A DNA stretch of 59,777 nucleotides, filler included. It is 5 parts of 5 records of this genome, joined end to end, with 100 filler letters (N's around TTAATTAATTAA, not from the genome) between each part and the next. Parts side by side here need not be neighbours in the genome. Positions count along the whole stretch, not along the records: positions 6,410 to 28,287 come from SRR22947727_2770; positions 28,388 to 42,836 come from SRR22947727_2771; 3 more parts are not named here. One strand, written 5' to 3'. Numbering within the stretch: the first letter of the stretch is position 1; each line of letters begins with the position of its first letter. Below, in pieces: positions 17,408-28,561 of this stretch. The position numbers and the translations under genes were made by a program. The notes under the pieces were generated by a model, which was not told where the DNA came from, did not search any database, and worked only from the letters and a program-made list of their open reading frames with translations.

Positions 17408-19852
17408 CTAGTGAAGTTGCCGACCGTCCGCTGCGCCATCAAAAACAATATCAAACACATCCCTGAAATGGCGCACAAAATGCACTTTAATCCCTGCAGA
17501 TAAGTATGCCGGCAGCGCTTCATAATCCCCTTTATTGCCAAAAGGCAAAATGACTTCGGCCATGCGGGCGCGGCGCGCTGCGATGACTTTCTCTCGGATT
17601 CCACCGACTGGTAGCACCTGACCGGTCAGGGTCAGCTCACCGGTCATCGCGAGTGGGCGTCGAATACGATCGCCGCGCGCCAGTGAAACCAGCGCCGTTG
17701 CCATCGTGACACCTGCACTGGGCCCATCTTTTGGCGTTGCGCCCTCTGGAACATGCAAGTGAACCATCGAGAGATCAAAAAAATCGGGCTCGCAACCCAG
17801 TTCACGCAGATGAGCCACGACGTAGCTGTAGGCAATTTCGGCGCTTTCTTTCATCACGTCACCCAACTGCCCGGTCAGCTTAAAGCCTCGATTCAGCGTA
17901 TGGATTTTCGATGACTCAATGCTGAGCGTCGTCCCACCCATCGCCGTCCAAGCGAGACCTGTCACCACACCTTTGCCGCGAAGCGCGCGCTCTGGTTTAA
18001 ACGTCGGTTGGCCAAGCATCTGCTCCACCTCCCGCTTGCCAATGCGAATACGGGAGAGATCACCCTCGACCAGCTGCATGATAGAGGCGCGCATTAACGC
18101 ACTTAACCGCTTCTCTAACCCACGCACTCCTGCTTCACGACTGTAGGCGTCAATCACGAGTTTTAAGGCCGCATCGTTGATCTTAATTTGACGGGGCTGA
18201 GCACCATGTCGCTGCAATAATTTGGGCCAAAGATGGTTTTTCGCAATCAACAGCTTCTCTTCGGCGATATAACCGGATAATCGAATCTCCTCCATACGAT
18301 CCAATAGAGGAGCAGGAATCGTGTCGAGTTGATTGGCCGTGCACACGAACAACACTTTCGACAAGTCGACCCGCAGGTCAAGGTAATGATCTAAAAAGTC
18401 ACTATTTTGCTCGGGGTCTAGCACCTCCAGTAAAGCGGAAGCCGGGTCACCCTGAAAATGGGCGCCTATTTTGTCAATCTCATCCAGCATAATGACAGGA
18501 TTAGCCACCTCTACCTCTTTCAGGGCCTGCACTAGCTTGCCCGGCATCGCCCCCACATAGGTGCGGCGATGGCCTTTGATTTCGGCCTCATCTCGCATAC
18601 CGCCCAGACTAAACCGATAAAACTGCCTCCCCAGAGCGTCGGCAATCGACTTGCCAATACTCGTTTTACCCACACCAGGCGGCCCCACAAGCAGTAAAAT
18701 CGACCCGTTAATACTGCCCTTAAACGCACCCACTGCCATAAATTCAATGATGCGCTGCTTAACGTCCTCCAGCCCATCATGGTGGGACTCCAACGCCTCG
18801 CGAGCATGCGACAGGTCGAGATTATCCTCAGAGCAAACGCCCCATGGCACCGACGTCGCCCAGTCAAGGTAATTACGCGTGACCCCATACTCCGGCGAGC
18901 CGGATTCTAAAACGTGTAATTTACTGAACTCCTCTTCGAGTCGATCCAACACCTTCTGTGGCGGAGTAAGTCCCTCCAAGCGCAATCGAAACCTATCGGC
19001 ATCAGAGGTGTTGTCGTCCTTGGAAAGCCCCAACTCTTTCTCGATCACTTTCATCTGCTCGCGCAGAAAAAATTCACGCTGATGGGTCGAGACTTTCTCA
19101 TTGACCTGGGTCGTAATCTGCCCCTGTAGTGTTGCGACCTCTTTCTCCCGCTTGAGAAGCTCCAGTACTTTTGTCATCCGAGCAGTCAGCGGTAAGGCAT
19201 TTAATACGGCTTGAAGCTGATCACCGCTCGCGGTCGTGAGCGCCGCTGCAAAGTCCGCCAGTAAACTCGGTTGATTAGGATTGAACTGCCCAATGTGCTG
19301 CTTGAGCTCCTCGCTATAAAGCGGATTCAAGGGCAGCAGTTCCTTAATCGCCGCAATAATCGCCATGGCATACGCTTTCACTTCGTCGTTCTCGCGATCG
19401 CCTTGTGACTGCGGATACTCTACTTGAGCGATTAGCGGAGTCTGCTCGCTTAGCCAGCGTACGATGCGGAATCGTCGGAGACCTTGCGCCAGAAAGTGAC
19501 CCGCATTATCAGCGGCACCCGGTGGGCGATGCAGTCGAACTGCACAGCCTATGGTCGGGAATTGATCCGCGTTGACGCTTGCAGGGTCAGCTTCGTCGAC
19601 AAAGGCTAGCCCGAGTAATCCTGATCCCTGCTCCGCGATCGCATCGAGCGTCGCTTGCCAGTTATCTGGATTAAACGCCACGGGCTGCACCTGACCTGGA
19701 AAAAAAGGACGACCGGGAAGCGGCAGCAATACCAGCGTATCTGGCAATACCTCATCCGCCACCGCAGGGGCTGGATGATCCCCTACTGCGTCCTCTTCTG
19801 CCTCAAGCGGCAGAATCTCACCTTCTCGTTGTGTCTCTTCTGAGTGGTCCAC
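17408..19852 (-). CDS. lon: ATP-dependent Lon protease
   Basis: It has a LON N-domain, GPPGVGKTS, GHRRTYVGAMPG, PKDGPSAG (catalytic Ser) and GGIREK. Confidence 0.96.
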   Translation of the reverse strand: MDHSEETQREGEILPLEAEEDAVGDHPAPAVADEVLPDTLVLLPLPGRPFFPGQVQPVAFNPDNWQATLDAIAEQGSGLLGLAFVDEADPASVNADQFPTIGCAVRLHRPPGAADNAGHFLAQGLRRFRIVRWLSEQTPLIAQVEYPQSQGDRENDEVKAYAMAIIAAIKELLPLNPLYSEELKQHIGQFNPNQPSLLADFAAALTTASGDQLQAVLNALPLTARMTKVLELLKREKEVATLQGQITTQVNEKVSTHQREFFLREQMKVIEKELGLSKDDNTSDADRFRLRLEGLTPPQKVLDRLEEEFSKLHVLESGSPEYGVTRNYLDWATSVPWGVCSEDNLDLSHAREALESHHDGLEDVKQRIIEFMAVGAFKGSINGSILLLVGPPGVGKTSIGKSIADALGRQFYRFSLGGMRDEAEIKGHRRTYVGAMPGKLVQALKEVEVANPVIMLDEIDKIGAHFQGDPASALLEVLDPEQNSDFLDHYLDLRVDLSKVLFVCTANQLDTIPAPLLDRMEEIRLSGYIAEEKLLIAKNHLWPKLLQRHGAQPRQIKINDAALKLVIDAYSREAGVRGLEKRLSALMRASIMQLVEGDLSRIRIGKREVEQMLGQPTFKPERALRGKGVVTGLAWTAMGGTTLSIESSKIHTLNRGFKLTGQLGDVMKESAEIAYSYVVAHLRELGCEPDFFDLSMVHLHVPEGATPKDGPSAGVTMATALVSLARGDRIRRPLAMTGELTLTGQVLPVGGIREKVIAARRARMAEVILPFGNKGDYEALPAYLSAGIKVHFVRHFRDVFDIVFDGAADGRQLH

Positions 19853-19983
19853 GTTGACCTCTGCGCCTTCTTACGGCTGTCATCATCAGTCAGAGAGAAA
19901 TAGGGTCGAGACGGCAGTTTTTCAAGTCACTGGCAGACAGTGAGTGCCCAATCGTTAAACAGTGAGCGCTACATTCATGGCGA

Positions 19984-20322
19984 TCAATCTTCGCTATGAG
20001 AGGGGGCCACCGGTTGGGACGACAGGGGAAACGTTGCAATTTTAGCGCTGCTTGCCTCAGAAATGCGCGCGGCACCTTCTTTTTCCACTTCGTCGATTCG
20101 AACGATGCATTGCATGGGGATATAACTTCTTTTAACCCCCGAGAATTCATTTTTGAGCTTTTCTTCCCCGGGATCGACAAGAATTTGCGATTTCTCGCCG
20201 AAAACAAGCTCTTCTATCTCGACAAACCCCCACATATCGCTTTGGTAAATTTGACGAGCAAAGACCTCATACACCTGTCCCCCGTTATGAAAAATCACTT
20301 TATAAATGGGCTGAGACGGCAT
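19984..20322 (-). CDS. DUF1820 family protein
   Basis: The IYKVIFHN.GQVYEVFAR...VDPGEEKLKNEF.GVKRSYIPM pattern is present. The likely start is MPSQP at 20322. Confidence 0.85.
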   Translation of the reverse strand: MPSQPIYKVIFHNGGQVYEVFARQIYQSDMWGFVEIEELVFGEKSQILVDPGEEKLKNEFSGVKRSYIPMQCIVRIDEVEKEGAARISEASSAKIATFPLSSQPVAPSHSED

Positions 20323-20475
20323 TATTGCTCCGAGTATTTCCTGTGGTGGCAGGTAAAAAGGGGCGAAATGGTAACACTTTGCACGCAAAGCTCCAGCAAC
20401 AGGGGGGATTTTTAACGAGCAGAGGCTATACTCCGCGCCCTGACTCGTTATCAAGGGCGCGCACCCAACCTAATT

Positions 20476-21822
20476 ATGAGCACCCCATCGATCAAAAAGC
20501 TATTTGTGCAGACCCATGGCTGCCAAATGAATGAATATGATTCTGCAAGAATGGCAGATCTGCTGCATGCCAGTCATGGCCTTGAGCAAGCCGATTGTGC
20601 GGAGGACGCGGACGTCATCCTGCTTAATACCTGCTCCATCCGCGAAAAAGCCCAAGAGAAAGTCTTTCACCAATTGGGACGCTGGAAACAGCTGAAACAA
20701 AAAAACCCCGACTTAATTATTGGCGTAGGGGGCTGTGTTGCCAGCCAAGAAGGGGGAGAAATCGGCAAGAGAGCACCCTTTGTCGATCTCATTTTTGGTC
20801 CGCAGACACTGCATCGATTGCCGGAAATGATCGAAGATCGGCGACGGGGTAACGCTGCGGTCATCGATATTAGTTTCCCCGAAATCGAAAAATTCGACCG
20901 TCTTCCCGAGCCTAGCGTTGAGGGACCCACCGCTTTTGTCTCCATTATGGAGGGGTGCAGCAAATATTGTACTTTTTGCGTCGTGCCCTACACCCGAGGA
21001 GAGGAAGTCTCCCGACCCGTTGATGATGTCATTGCCGAAGTGGCCAGTTTGGCGAGTCGCGGCGTCAGAGAAGTCAATTTGCTGGGACAAAATGTCAACG
21101 CTTTCCGAGGCATGAGTCACCTCGGCGAAATAGTGGACTTTGCGGAGTTACTCCATTTGGTGAATCTCGTGCCTGGAATTGACCGCATTCGCTATACCAC
21201 TTCTCATCCTCTGGAGTTCTCTGATGCCATTGTGGCGTGTTACGCAGAGATCCCCGCCTTAGTGGATCACCTTCATTTGCCCGTACAAACCGGCTCTGAC
21301 CGTATTTTGATGGCCATGAAGCGAGGCCATACGGCACTCGAGTACAAGGCGATTATCCGCGCATTACGCAAAATACGGCCCAATCTTTCCCTCTCTTCAG
21401 ATTTCATCATCGGGTTTCCCGGAGAAACGGAAGAAGACTTCGCCGCCACCATGCGGTTAATTGAGGAAGTGGGCTTTGATAATTCCTTTAGCTTTATTTA
21501 TAGCGCGAGACCCGGTACCCCGGCAGCGGAGTTACCCGACAACACGCCTGAGGACGTGAAGAAAAAGCGCCTGCATATTTTACAAGCACGCATTGCGCAA
21601 CAAGCGCAGCTCATTGCCGATAACATGGTTGGGACGCGACAAAAAATCTTAGTCACTGGCCACGCAAAACGAGATCCCGGACAACTCTCCGGAAGGACAG
21701 AAAACAATCGCGTGGTCAACTTTGCCTGTGATGATACGACGCTCATTGGCGACTTTGTCGAAGTGGACATCACAGCGGCGTACCGCAACTCATTACTCGG
21801 CCATCTGCCCGCAGCCACTTAA
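20476..21822 (+). CDS. miaB: tRNA-2-methylthio-N6-dimethylallyladenosine synthase
   Basis: It has [18 protein letters not shown], the radical SAM motif CSKYCTFC and a TRAM domain. Confidence 0.97.
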   Translation: MSTPSIKKLFVQTHGCQMNEYDSARMADLLHASHGLEQADCAEDADVILLNTCSIREKAQEKVFHQLGRWKQLKQKNPDLIIGVGGCVASQEGGEIGKRAPFVDLIFGPQTLHRLPEMIEDRRRGNAAVIDISFPEIEKFDRLPEPSVEGPTAFVSIMEGCSKYCTFCVVPYTRGEEVSRPVDDVIAEVASLASRGVREVNLLGQNVNAFRGMSHLGEIVDFAELLHLVNLVPGIDRIRYTTSHPLEFSDAIVACYAEIPALVDHLHLPVQTGSDRILMAMKRGHTALEYKAIIRALRKIRPNLSLSSDFIIGFPGETEEDFAATMRLIEEVGFDNSFSFIYSARPGTPAAELPDNTPEDVKKKRLHILQARIAQQAQLIADNMVGTRQKILVTGHAKRDPGQLSGRTENNRVVNFACDDTTLIGDFVEVDITAAYRNSLLGHLPAAT

Positions 21823-21901
21823 AGACCGTCGGGGGAGTTGACTCCCTCCACAAGGCGAGTATCTTTCGTTACCCATAGTGAAAGAGGCGGCTTGAAAACC
21901 G

Positions 21902-22945
21902 TTGGACATCCACCTTTTGTCGGCCGAAGATGCGTCTTCGGATTTGACACCACCTACTATTTTTTCCCTCGAACCGAATGATGCGCGTAATCTGGCGATT
22001 CTGTGTGGGCAACTGGATAGCCATTTGCGCCAAATCGAGAGCCGATTGGGCATCACAATTTATAACCGCAGCAATGACTTTGAGCTGCATGGCAGTGAGT
22101 CTCGCTGCAAGATGGGCGCGTCGTTACTCACCTCACTCTACGCCGACATTACCAATGGCATTCAGCTAAGTCCCGACGTGATTCACCTTCGATTACAGGA
22201 CGCCGATCTCGAGATGCTCAACGAGACTGAGCCGACGAATACGAGTATCGAGTCGACAAGCCTTATCCGAACCAAACGTGTCTCTGTGAGGCCTAGGGGC
22301 CAGAATCAGCGTGACTACGTGGCGGCAATCAACCATCACGACATTAATTTCGGCATTGGACCAGCTGGAACGGGTAAAACATACTTGGCGGTGGCCTGCG
22401 CTGTGAGGGCGCTGCTCAACGAACAAGTCAAACGCATTTTGCTCGTCCGCCCCGCCGTCGAAGCAGGTGAGCGTCTTGGGTTTTTACCTGGCGACCTGTC
22501 CCAAAAAGTGGATCCTTACCTCAGGCCCCTCTACGACGCGCTCTATGAAATGCTCGGATTCGAGACGGTGAGCAAGTACATTGAACGCCATATTATCGAG
22601 GTGGCACCCCTAGCATTTATGCGAGGCAGAACCCTTAATCACGCTTTTATCATTCTTGACGAAGCCCAAAACACCACCCGCGAACAGATGAAAATGTTTT
22701 TGACGCGTATTGGGTTTGGCTCCACGGCAGTCGTCACCGGTGACACAAGCCAAATTGACCTGCCTCGAGGCACACAGAGCGGGCTAACGCATGCGGCGCA
22801 GGTGTTAGAAGACGTAGAGGGGATCGCCTTTACGCAATTTGGCATCAAAGATGTCGTCCGTCATCCCGTTGTCCAGCGCGTTGTCAGCGCTTACGAAGCC
22901 CACGAGCAGCTAGCGGCCGTGCATCCAAGGGGGGATAAAACATGA
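21902..22945 (+). CDS. ybeZ: PhoH-like ATPase (start codon uncertain)
   Basis: It has GPAGTGKT, RPAVEAGERLGFLPG, FMRGRTL and DEAQN, in the miaB-ybeZYX-lnt operon context. Confidence 0.95.
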   Translation: MDIHLLSAEDASSDLTPPTIFSLEPNDARNLAILCGQLDSHLRQIESRLGITIYNRSNDFELHGSESRCKMGASLLTSLYADITNGIQLSPDVIHLRLQDADLEMLNETEPTNTSIESTSLIRTKRVSVRPRGQNQRDYVAAINHHDINFGIGPAGTGKTYLAVACAVRALLNEQVKRILLVRPAVEAGERLGFLPGDLSQKVDPYLRPLYDALYEMLGFETVSKYIERHIIEVAPLAFMRGRTLNHAFIILDEAQNTTREQMKMFLTRIGFGSTAVVTGDTSQIDLPRGTQSGLTHAAQVLEDVEGIAFTQFGIKDVVRHPVVQRVVSAYEAHEQLAAVHPRGDKT

Positions 22946-23424
22946 ATCTCCTGATGACCGTTGAACGCACCACGCTCATGCAAACCCCTGAGGATGATGC
23001 GATACAGCTATGGGTCACACAAGCAGTAGCAGCCGCAAACCGCAGCGTGCCCTCATCACCGGAGCTTTCCATCCGTATTACCGATATGGATGAAGCCGCT
23101 CAGTTTAATGAGACCTATCGTGACAAGACCGGGGCGACCAATGTGCTGTCATTCCCCGCTACACCACCGCCCGAAACCGACTCTGGATTATTAGGGGATC
23201 TCGTGATCTGTGCGCCACTTGTTATCAAAGAGGCTAAAACACAAGACAAGCAAGCCACTGCGCATTGGGCCCACTTGGTGATGCATGGCGTTTTTCATCT
23301 GCTGGGGTATGACCATCAGACTGCCGCTGAAGCAGAGGCGATGGAAATGTTGGAAATCGACGCCCTCGCCAGCCTCGGTTATGCAAACCCCTATGACATC
23401 CCTGCACCGTTAGAGAGTCGCTAA
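22942..23424 (+). CDS. ybeY: rRNA maturation endoribonuclease YbeY
   Basis: It has TNVLSFP and HGVFHLLGYDH. Confidence 0.96.
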   Translation: MNLLMTVERTTLMQTPEDDAIQLWVTQAVAAANRSVPSSPELSIRITDMDEAAQFNETYRDKTGATNVLSFPATPPPETDSGLLGDLVICAPLVIKEAKTQDKQATAHWAHLVMHGVFHLLGYDHQTAAEAEAMEMLEIDALASLGYANPYDIPAPLESR

Positions 23425-23426
23425 TC

Positions 23427-24281
23427 GTGAACGATGATCGAAAACTAGAGGCGGAGGAGCGATCTTGGTTGGATCGACTCACCCACTTCATCAGCGGTGA
23501 ACCGCAAACAAAATCAGACCTAGAGGACGTCCTCTCATTAGCCGAAGCGCACGAGATCATCGATCAAGATGCGCGCAAAATTATGGAAGGCGCGCTGCTT
23601 GTCACTAACATGCAGGTGCGTGACATCATGATCCCACGAGCACAAATGATCGTCATCGATTCAGACGAAAGCGTGCAAGAAGCGCTGCCAAAAATCATTG
23701 ATGCAGGACACTCTCGCTTTCCCGTCATTGGGGATGGCATCGATGATGTGATCGGGATTTTACTCGCAAAGGATCTTTTACCGCTGGTTGAAAACGAAAG
23801 TGCCCCTCCCACCCTGCGTGAATTAATGCGCCCAGTGATCGCCGTACCGGAGAGTAAACGACTGAACGTTTTGCTAAGGGAGTTTCGGCAAAATCGAAAC
23901 CATATGGCCATTGTCATTGACGAATACGGCGGCATCGCAGGATTGATCACGATCGAAGATGTGCTAGAAGAGATCGTCGGAGAAATCGAAGACGAGACCG
24001 ACGTGGCCGAGAAAAAGCCCATACGACCGATGAACGACGGCACTTTTTTTGTCGAAGCACTCACCGCAATTGACGACTTCAATGCCTTTTTTGATACGGC
24101 GTTTAGCGATGACGAGTTCGACACCATCGGCGGCGTTGTGGTCAATGCATTCGGTCAGCTGCCCAGTCGTAATCAGTCGATCCAGCTCAACGATTTTGAG
24201 TTCAGCGTCATCCATGCAGACGAGCGTCGCCTTTCCAGTCTTAGGGTGAGGTCTGTGGCTGATATTGACTCAGGCGAGTAG
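23427..24281 (+). CDS. corC: CBS-domain Mg/Co efflux protein CorC
   Basis: It has HSRFPV, HMAIVIDEYGG, TIEDVLEEIVGEIEDE and a CorC C-terminal domain. Confidence 0.93.
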   Translation: MNDDRKLEAEERSWLDRLTHFISGEPQTKSDLEDVLSLAEAHEIIDQDARKIMEGALLVTNMQVRDIMIPRAQMIVIDSDESVQEALPKIIDAGHSRFPVIGDGIDDVIGILLAKDLLPLVENESAPPTLRELMRPVIAVPESKRLNVLLREFRQNRNHMAIVIDEYGGIAGLITIEDVLEEIVGEIEDETDVAEKKPIRPMNDGTFFVEALTAIDDFNAFFDTAFSDDEFDTIGGVVVNAFGQLPSRNQSIQLNDFEFSVIHADERRLSSLRVRSVADIDSGE

Positions 24282-25756
24282 TGGTTTCTGTCCGAACGCG
24301 CATCCTTGGCTTTGCCCTATTAGCGGGCATGCTCTTTCCGCTCGGGTTATCACCGACTGGGTTTTGGCCCCTTATCCCTCTGAGTGCGGGCGCGCTTTTC
24401 GCACTGCTTGAATGGCAACGGTCTCAGCCCGCTTTTCGCATCGGCTATCTGTATGGTATCGGTTTCTTCGGTGTCGCCGTGTCCTGGGTTTATGTCAGCA
24501 TCCATACTTACGGTGCGACACCGGCTTGGCTGGCGATCACTTTAACGCTGGTATTTTGCAGTGGGCTCGCGCTTTTTTTTGGCGCGCAACTATATTGTTT
24601 TCAGCGCTTATCGAGTCAGCATGCTGGCTGGCGAGTGATTCAGTTTGCCTCATTGTGGGTACTGTTCGAATGGCTCAGAAGCTGGGTACTCACCGGCTTT
24701 CCCTGGGGTTATGCAGGTTACGGCGCTATCGCCTCTCCCGTGAGCGGATGGGCCCCGTTATTAGGTGTTTATGGCTGCTCCTGGCTATTGATTGCAATGG
24801 GTTGCACTTGGATCATGCTGTTGCGACGCCCTCGCGTTATCTCGCAGTGGGCCATCAGTCTCGGTATGACGGGGCTCATCCTATTATCGGGCCAACTGTT
24901 CACCACCGTGACGTGGACAAAAGCGTTGGGCGATCCGCTAACCGTAGCCATTGTGCAACCCGCGGTGCCACTGGCTAAGAAATGGAGCCGAGGACACCGC
25001 AGAGACATTCTTAGCGACTTAGCACTCACTACCGAGCCCCTGTATGCCACACATGACCTGATTGTCTGGCCAGAATCTGCATTGCCGGGTTATCGCGATC
25101 AGATGCGAGGGTTTTTGACCTCAATTCATACTCAAGCGGCAGCCCACGATGCCACGGTCATTACAGGCATACCCAGTCGTGACAACGAGGGACGTTACAA
25201 CAGCATCGAGGCCTTGGGTCGCGGATCCGGGATCTATCACAAACAAAAGCTGGTCCCCTTTGGTGAATATATTCCCTTCGAACCGTGGCTCAGAGGGGTC
25301 ATTGGTTTTTTCGACCTACCTATGTCGCAGTTCAGCCCTGGCCCCCCTGGCCAAGCGCCGCTGGTCATAGACGACCTAGCGATAGCACCCTTCATCTGCT
25401 ACGAAATCGTCTATCCCGATTTTGTCGCAGCGAGCAGCAAAGGATCGCAATTACTGGTCACGATCAGTAATGACACGTGGTTCGGCAATAGCATTGGGCC
25501 TTGGCAGCATTTCCAGATGGCACGCTTTCGCGCGGTGGAACTGGGTCGTGACCTCATTCGGGGCACCAACGACGGTGTGTCGGCCATCATTAGTGCCAAA
25601 GGCGAGGTCGTTTCAACCGCGCCTCAGTTCACCCAGGCCGTCGTCAGCGGGCAGGTTCAGCCGCGGTCCGGCCATACCCCCTATGCCATCTCTGGGAGTC
25701 TCCCCATGCTGATTTTCTCACTGATCGGCTTGTTACTAGGACGAGATCCTCAGTAA
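24281..25756 (+). CDS. lnt: Apolipoprotein N-acyltransferase
   Basis: It has LTGFPW, VWPESA, KQKLVPFGEY, ICYE and SNDTWFG. Confidence 0.96.
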   Translation: MVSVRTRILGFALLAGMLFPLGLSPTGFWPLIPLSAGALFALLEWQRSQPAFRIGYLYGIGFFGVAVSWVYVSIHTYGATPAWLAITLTLVFCSGLALFFGAQLYCFQRLSSQHAGWRVIQFASLWVLFEWLRSWVLTGFPWGYAGYGAIASPVSGWAPLLGVYGCSWLLIAMGCTWIMLLRRPRVISQWAISLGMTGLILLSGQLFTTVTWTKALGDPLTVAIVQPAVPLAKKWSRGHRRDILSDLALTTEPLYATHDLIVWPESALPGYRDQMRGFLTSIHTQAAAHDATVITGIPSRDNEGRYNSIEALGRGSGIYHKQKLVPFGEYIPFEPWLRGVIGFFDLPMSQFSPGPPGQAPLVIDDLAIAPFICYEIVYPDFVAASSKGSQLLVTISNDTWFGNSIGPWQHFQMARFRAVELGRDLIRGTNDGVSAIISAKGEVVSTAPQFTQAVVSGQVQPRSGHTPYAISGSLPMLIFSLIGLLLGRDPQ

Positions 25757-25861
25757 TACTGGTAAACTTCACACGCCATCTGGCAGACAAACGGATCTGG
25801 CGCGGCTGCGCGCACTGCCATGACCTGAATAGCATTTCACCTGCTCTCGATTAGAGGACAC

Positions 25862-28287
25862 ATGAGTCAAGAATACGAACCACAGTCACTTGAACGCGAT
25901 CTGCAGCATCAATGGCTGCAAAACAATCGTTATGCCGTTCAACCAGACGACCAGCGAGAGAAGTTTTATTGCCTCGCCATGTTTCCCTACCCCAGTGGAA
26001 AATTACACATGGGCCATGTTCGCAATTACACCATTGCGGATGTGATCGCGCGTTATCAGCGGATGTTAGGCAAAAATGTACTGCAACCGATGGGCTGGGA
26101 TGCCTTTGGACTGCCAGCAGAGAATGCCGCCATCGCTAACAAAGTCGCGCCAGCGCGATGGACGCGAGAAAATATCGACCACATGCGTGCCCAACTTCGA
26201 CGACTGGGCTTTGCCTACGACTGGGATCGTGAAATCGCGACCTGCGACCCTCAATACTATCAGTGGGAACAGTGGTTTTTTACGCACCTGCATGAGAAAG
26301 GCCTGGTCTATAAAAAAATGGCGACGGTTAACTGGGATCCTGTTGATCAAACGGTTCTGGCTAACGAACAAGTCATCGACGGATGCGGCTGGCGCTCTGG
26401 CGCCGTTATCGAGCGGCGAGAGATTCCCCAGTGGTTTATTCGCATCACCGCTTATGCCGAAGAACTCCTAGAGGGTCTGAATACATTGGATGGCTGGCCC
26501 GAGGCCGTGCGCACCATGCAACGTAATTGGATTGGTAAAAGTCGCGGTGTAGAGCTGGCGTTTGGCCTCGACACACCGATTGCCGGCTTGGAAAAAATCG
26601 ACGTCTATACCACGCGACCGGACACGCTCTACGGCGTGACCTATATCAGTCTCGCTGCCGAGCACCCCATTACGCTGTCGCTAGCCGAGCACAGCCCCGC
26701 GCTCTCCGCGTTTGTCGATCACTGCAAACAGACCTCAGTGGCTGAGGCCGATATGGTTAAAGCCGAGAAGATGGGTATGGATACCGGCCTTCGGGCGCGC
26801 CACCCATTAACCGGGGAAGCAGTGCCAGTCTGGGTCGCTAACTACGTATTAATGGATTACGGTTCCGGCGCGGTGATGGCAGTGCCAGCACATGACGAGC
26901 GGGATTGGGAGTTCGCCAAGAAATATGATTTGCCGCTGAAGGTCGTGATTTGCGATGCCGAGGGTGAGCCGGCTGATATCCACGCATCGGCCTACACAGA
27001 GCTTGGTGTGCTGACCGCGTCTGCCGAATTTGACGGCTGCGGTTTCGATACCGCTTTCGAAAAGATCGCCACGGCGCTGACAAACGTCGGAATGGGTCGT
27101 GTGACAACTCAATTCCGTCTGCGCGACTGGGGCGTGTCACGGCAGCGCTACTGGGGTACCCCCATCCCCATGCTCAACCTTACCGACGGCCAAGACATAC
27201 CCATCCCAATGAACCGCCTCCCGTCGTTATTGCCGGAGGATGTCGTCATGGATGGCGTGACGTCGCCCATTAAGAATGATGCCGAATGGCGCAAGTTCGA
27301 GCTCGACGGCGAAACCTGCGAGCGTGAGACGGATACTTTCGACACCTTTGTGCAGTCGTCGTGGTACTACGCCCGCTTTACCTGTCCCGATTACGCACAG
27401 GGAATGCTCGATAGCGAACAAGCGAATTACTGGCTACCGGTAGATCAATATGTCGGCGGCATTGAGCACGCTATTCTGCATCTGCTCTATGCACGTTTTT
27501 TTCACAAACTGATGCGTGATGCCGGTCTGGTATCGAGTGACGAGCCTTTCAAGCGTCTGCTGACGCAGGGGATGGTGCTCAAAGACGGTACCAAAATGTC
27601 GAAGTCTCGAGGTAATACCGTCGACCCCCAACCCCTCATCGACACTTACGGTGCCGACACGGTCAGACTCTTCAGTATGTTTGCAGCACCACCTGATCAA
27701 TCGCTTGAGTGGTCTGACTCGGGTGTTGAAGGCGCTCACCGTTTCATCAAACGCCTGTGGCGTTTAGCCCATACTATTGGGCTCTCCCAAACTACCTTAG
27801 ACCTTGGCGCGCTCACATCAGAACAGAAAAATCTGCGGCGAAAAGTGCACCAAACGATCGCCAAAGTGACCGATGATTATGGTCGTCGACAAACCTTCAA
27901 CACGGCCGTGGCCGCCATTATGGAGCTCTGCAATGAGCTGGGGCGGCACAGCAATGACAGTGCACAGGACCAAGCCATCGTCAGTGAAGGCGTCCATGCC
28001 GTACTAAAAATGCTCTGGCCTATTACGCCGCATTTATGCGAACACTTGTGGCTGCATCTTTCTGGCGACACTTTTGAAGAAGGGGCTTGGCCTAGCGTCG
28101 ATGAAAGCGCGCTGGACCGTGATGAGTTAGAAATTGTGATTCAGGTCAATGGTAAGGTGAGGGGGAAAATGAGCGTGCCCGCCACAGCGGAGAACACCGA
28201 AATCGAAGCCCTGGCAAGGGAGCAAGAGAATGTGCAACGCTTCCTTATCGACAAAACCATCAAAAAAGTGGTGGTAGTGCCCAAGAA
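25862..28287 (+). CDS. leuS: Leucine-tRNA ligase; last few residues cut by the linker
   Basis: It has MFPYPSG, HMGH, SRQRYWG, GGIEHA, KMSKS and QVNGK. Confidence 0.97.
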
Positions 28288-28387
28288 NNNNNNNNNNNNN
28301 NNNNNNNNNNNNNNNNNNNNNNNNNNNNNNNTTAATTAATTAANNNNNNNNNNNNNNNNNNNNNNNNNNNNNNNNNNNNNNNNNNNN
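28288..28387. other. Artificial contig linker
   Basis: N-run + TTAATTAATTAA + N-run. Confidence 0.99.
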
Positions 28388-28561
28388 CAACAGACCCTGT
28401 GAATGAACACCACGGGGACGAAACACCACCACCACCACCAAAGGTCTCCAACCATTCCCAGGCAGCAAACCTGGCGCGGGGTTTGGGACATCTCGCCACC
28501 GCATCAGTGCACACATATCTCGCCCCCATGGACACAAGGTATACCTTATCTACGTAATACT

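Noticed and set aside
21902-22945. phoH as a phage auxiliary gene
   Set aside because: It sits in the ordinary cellular miaB-ybeZ-ybeY-corC-lnt operon.
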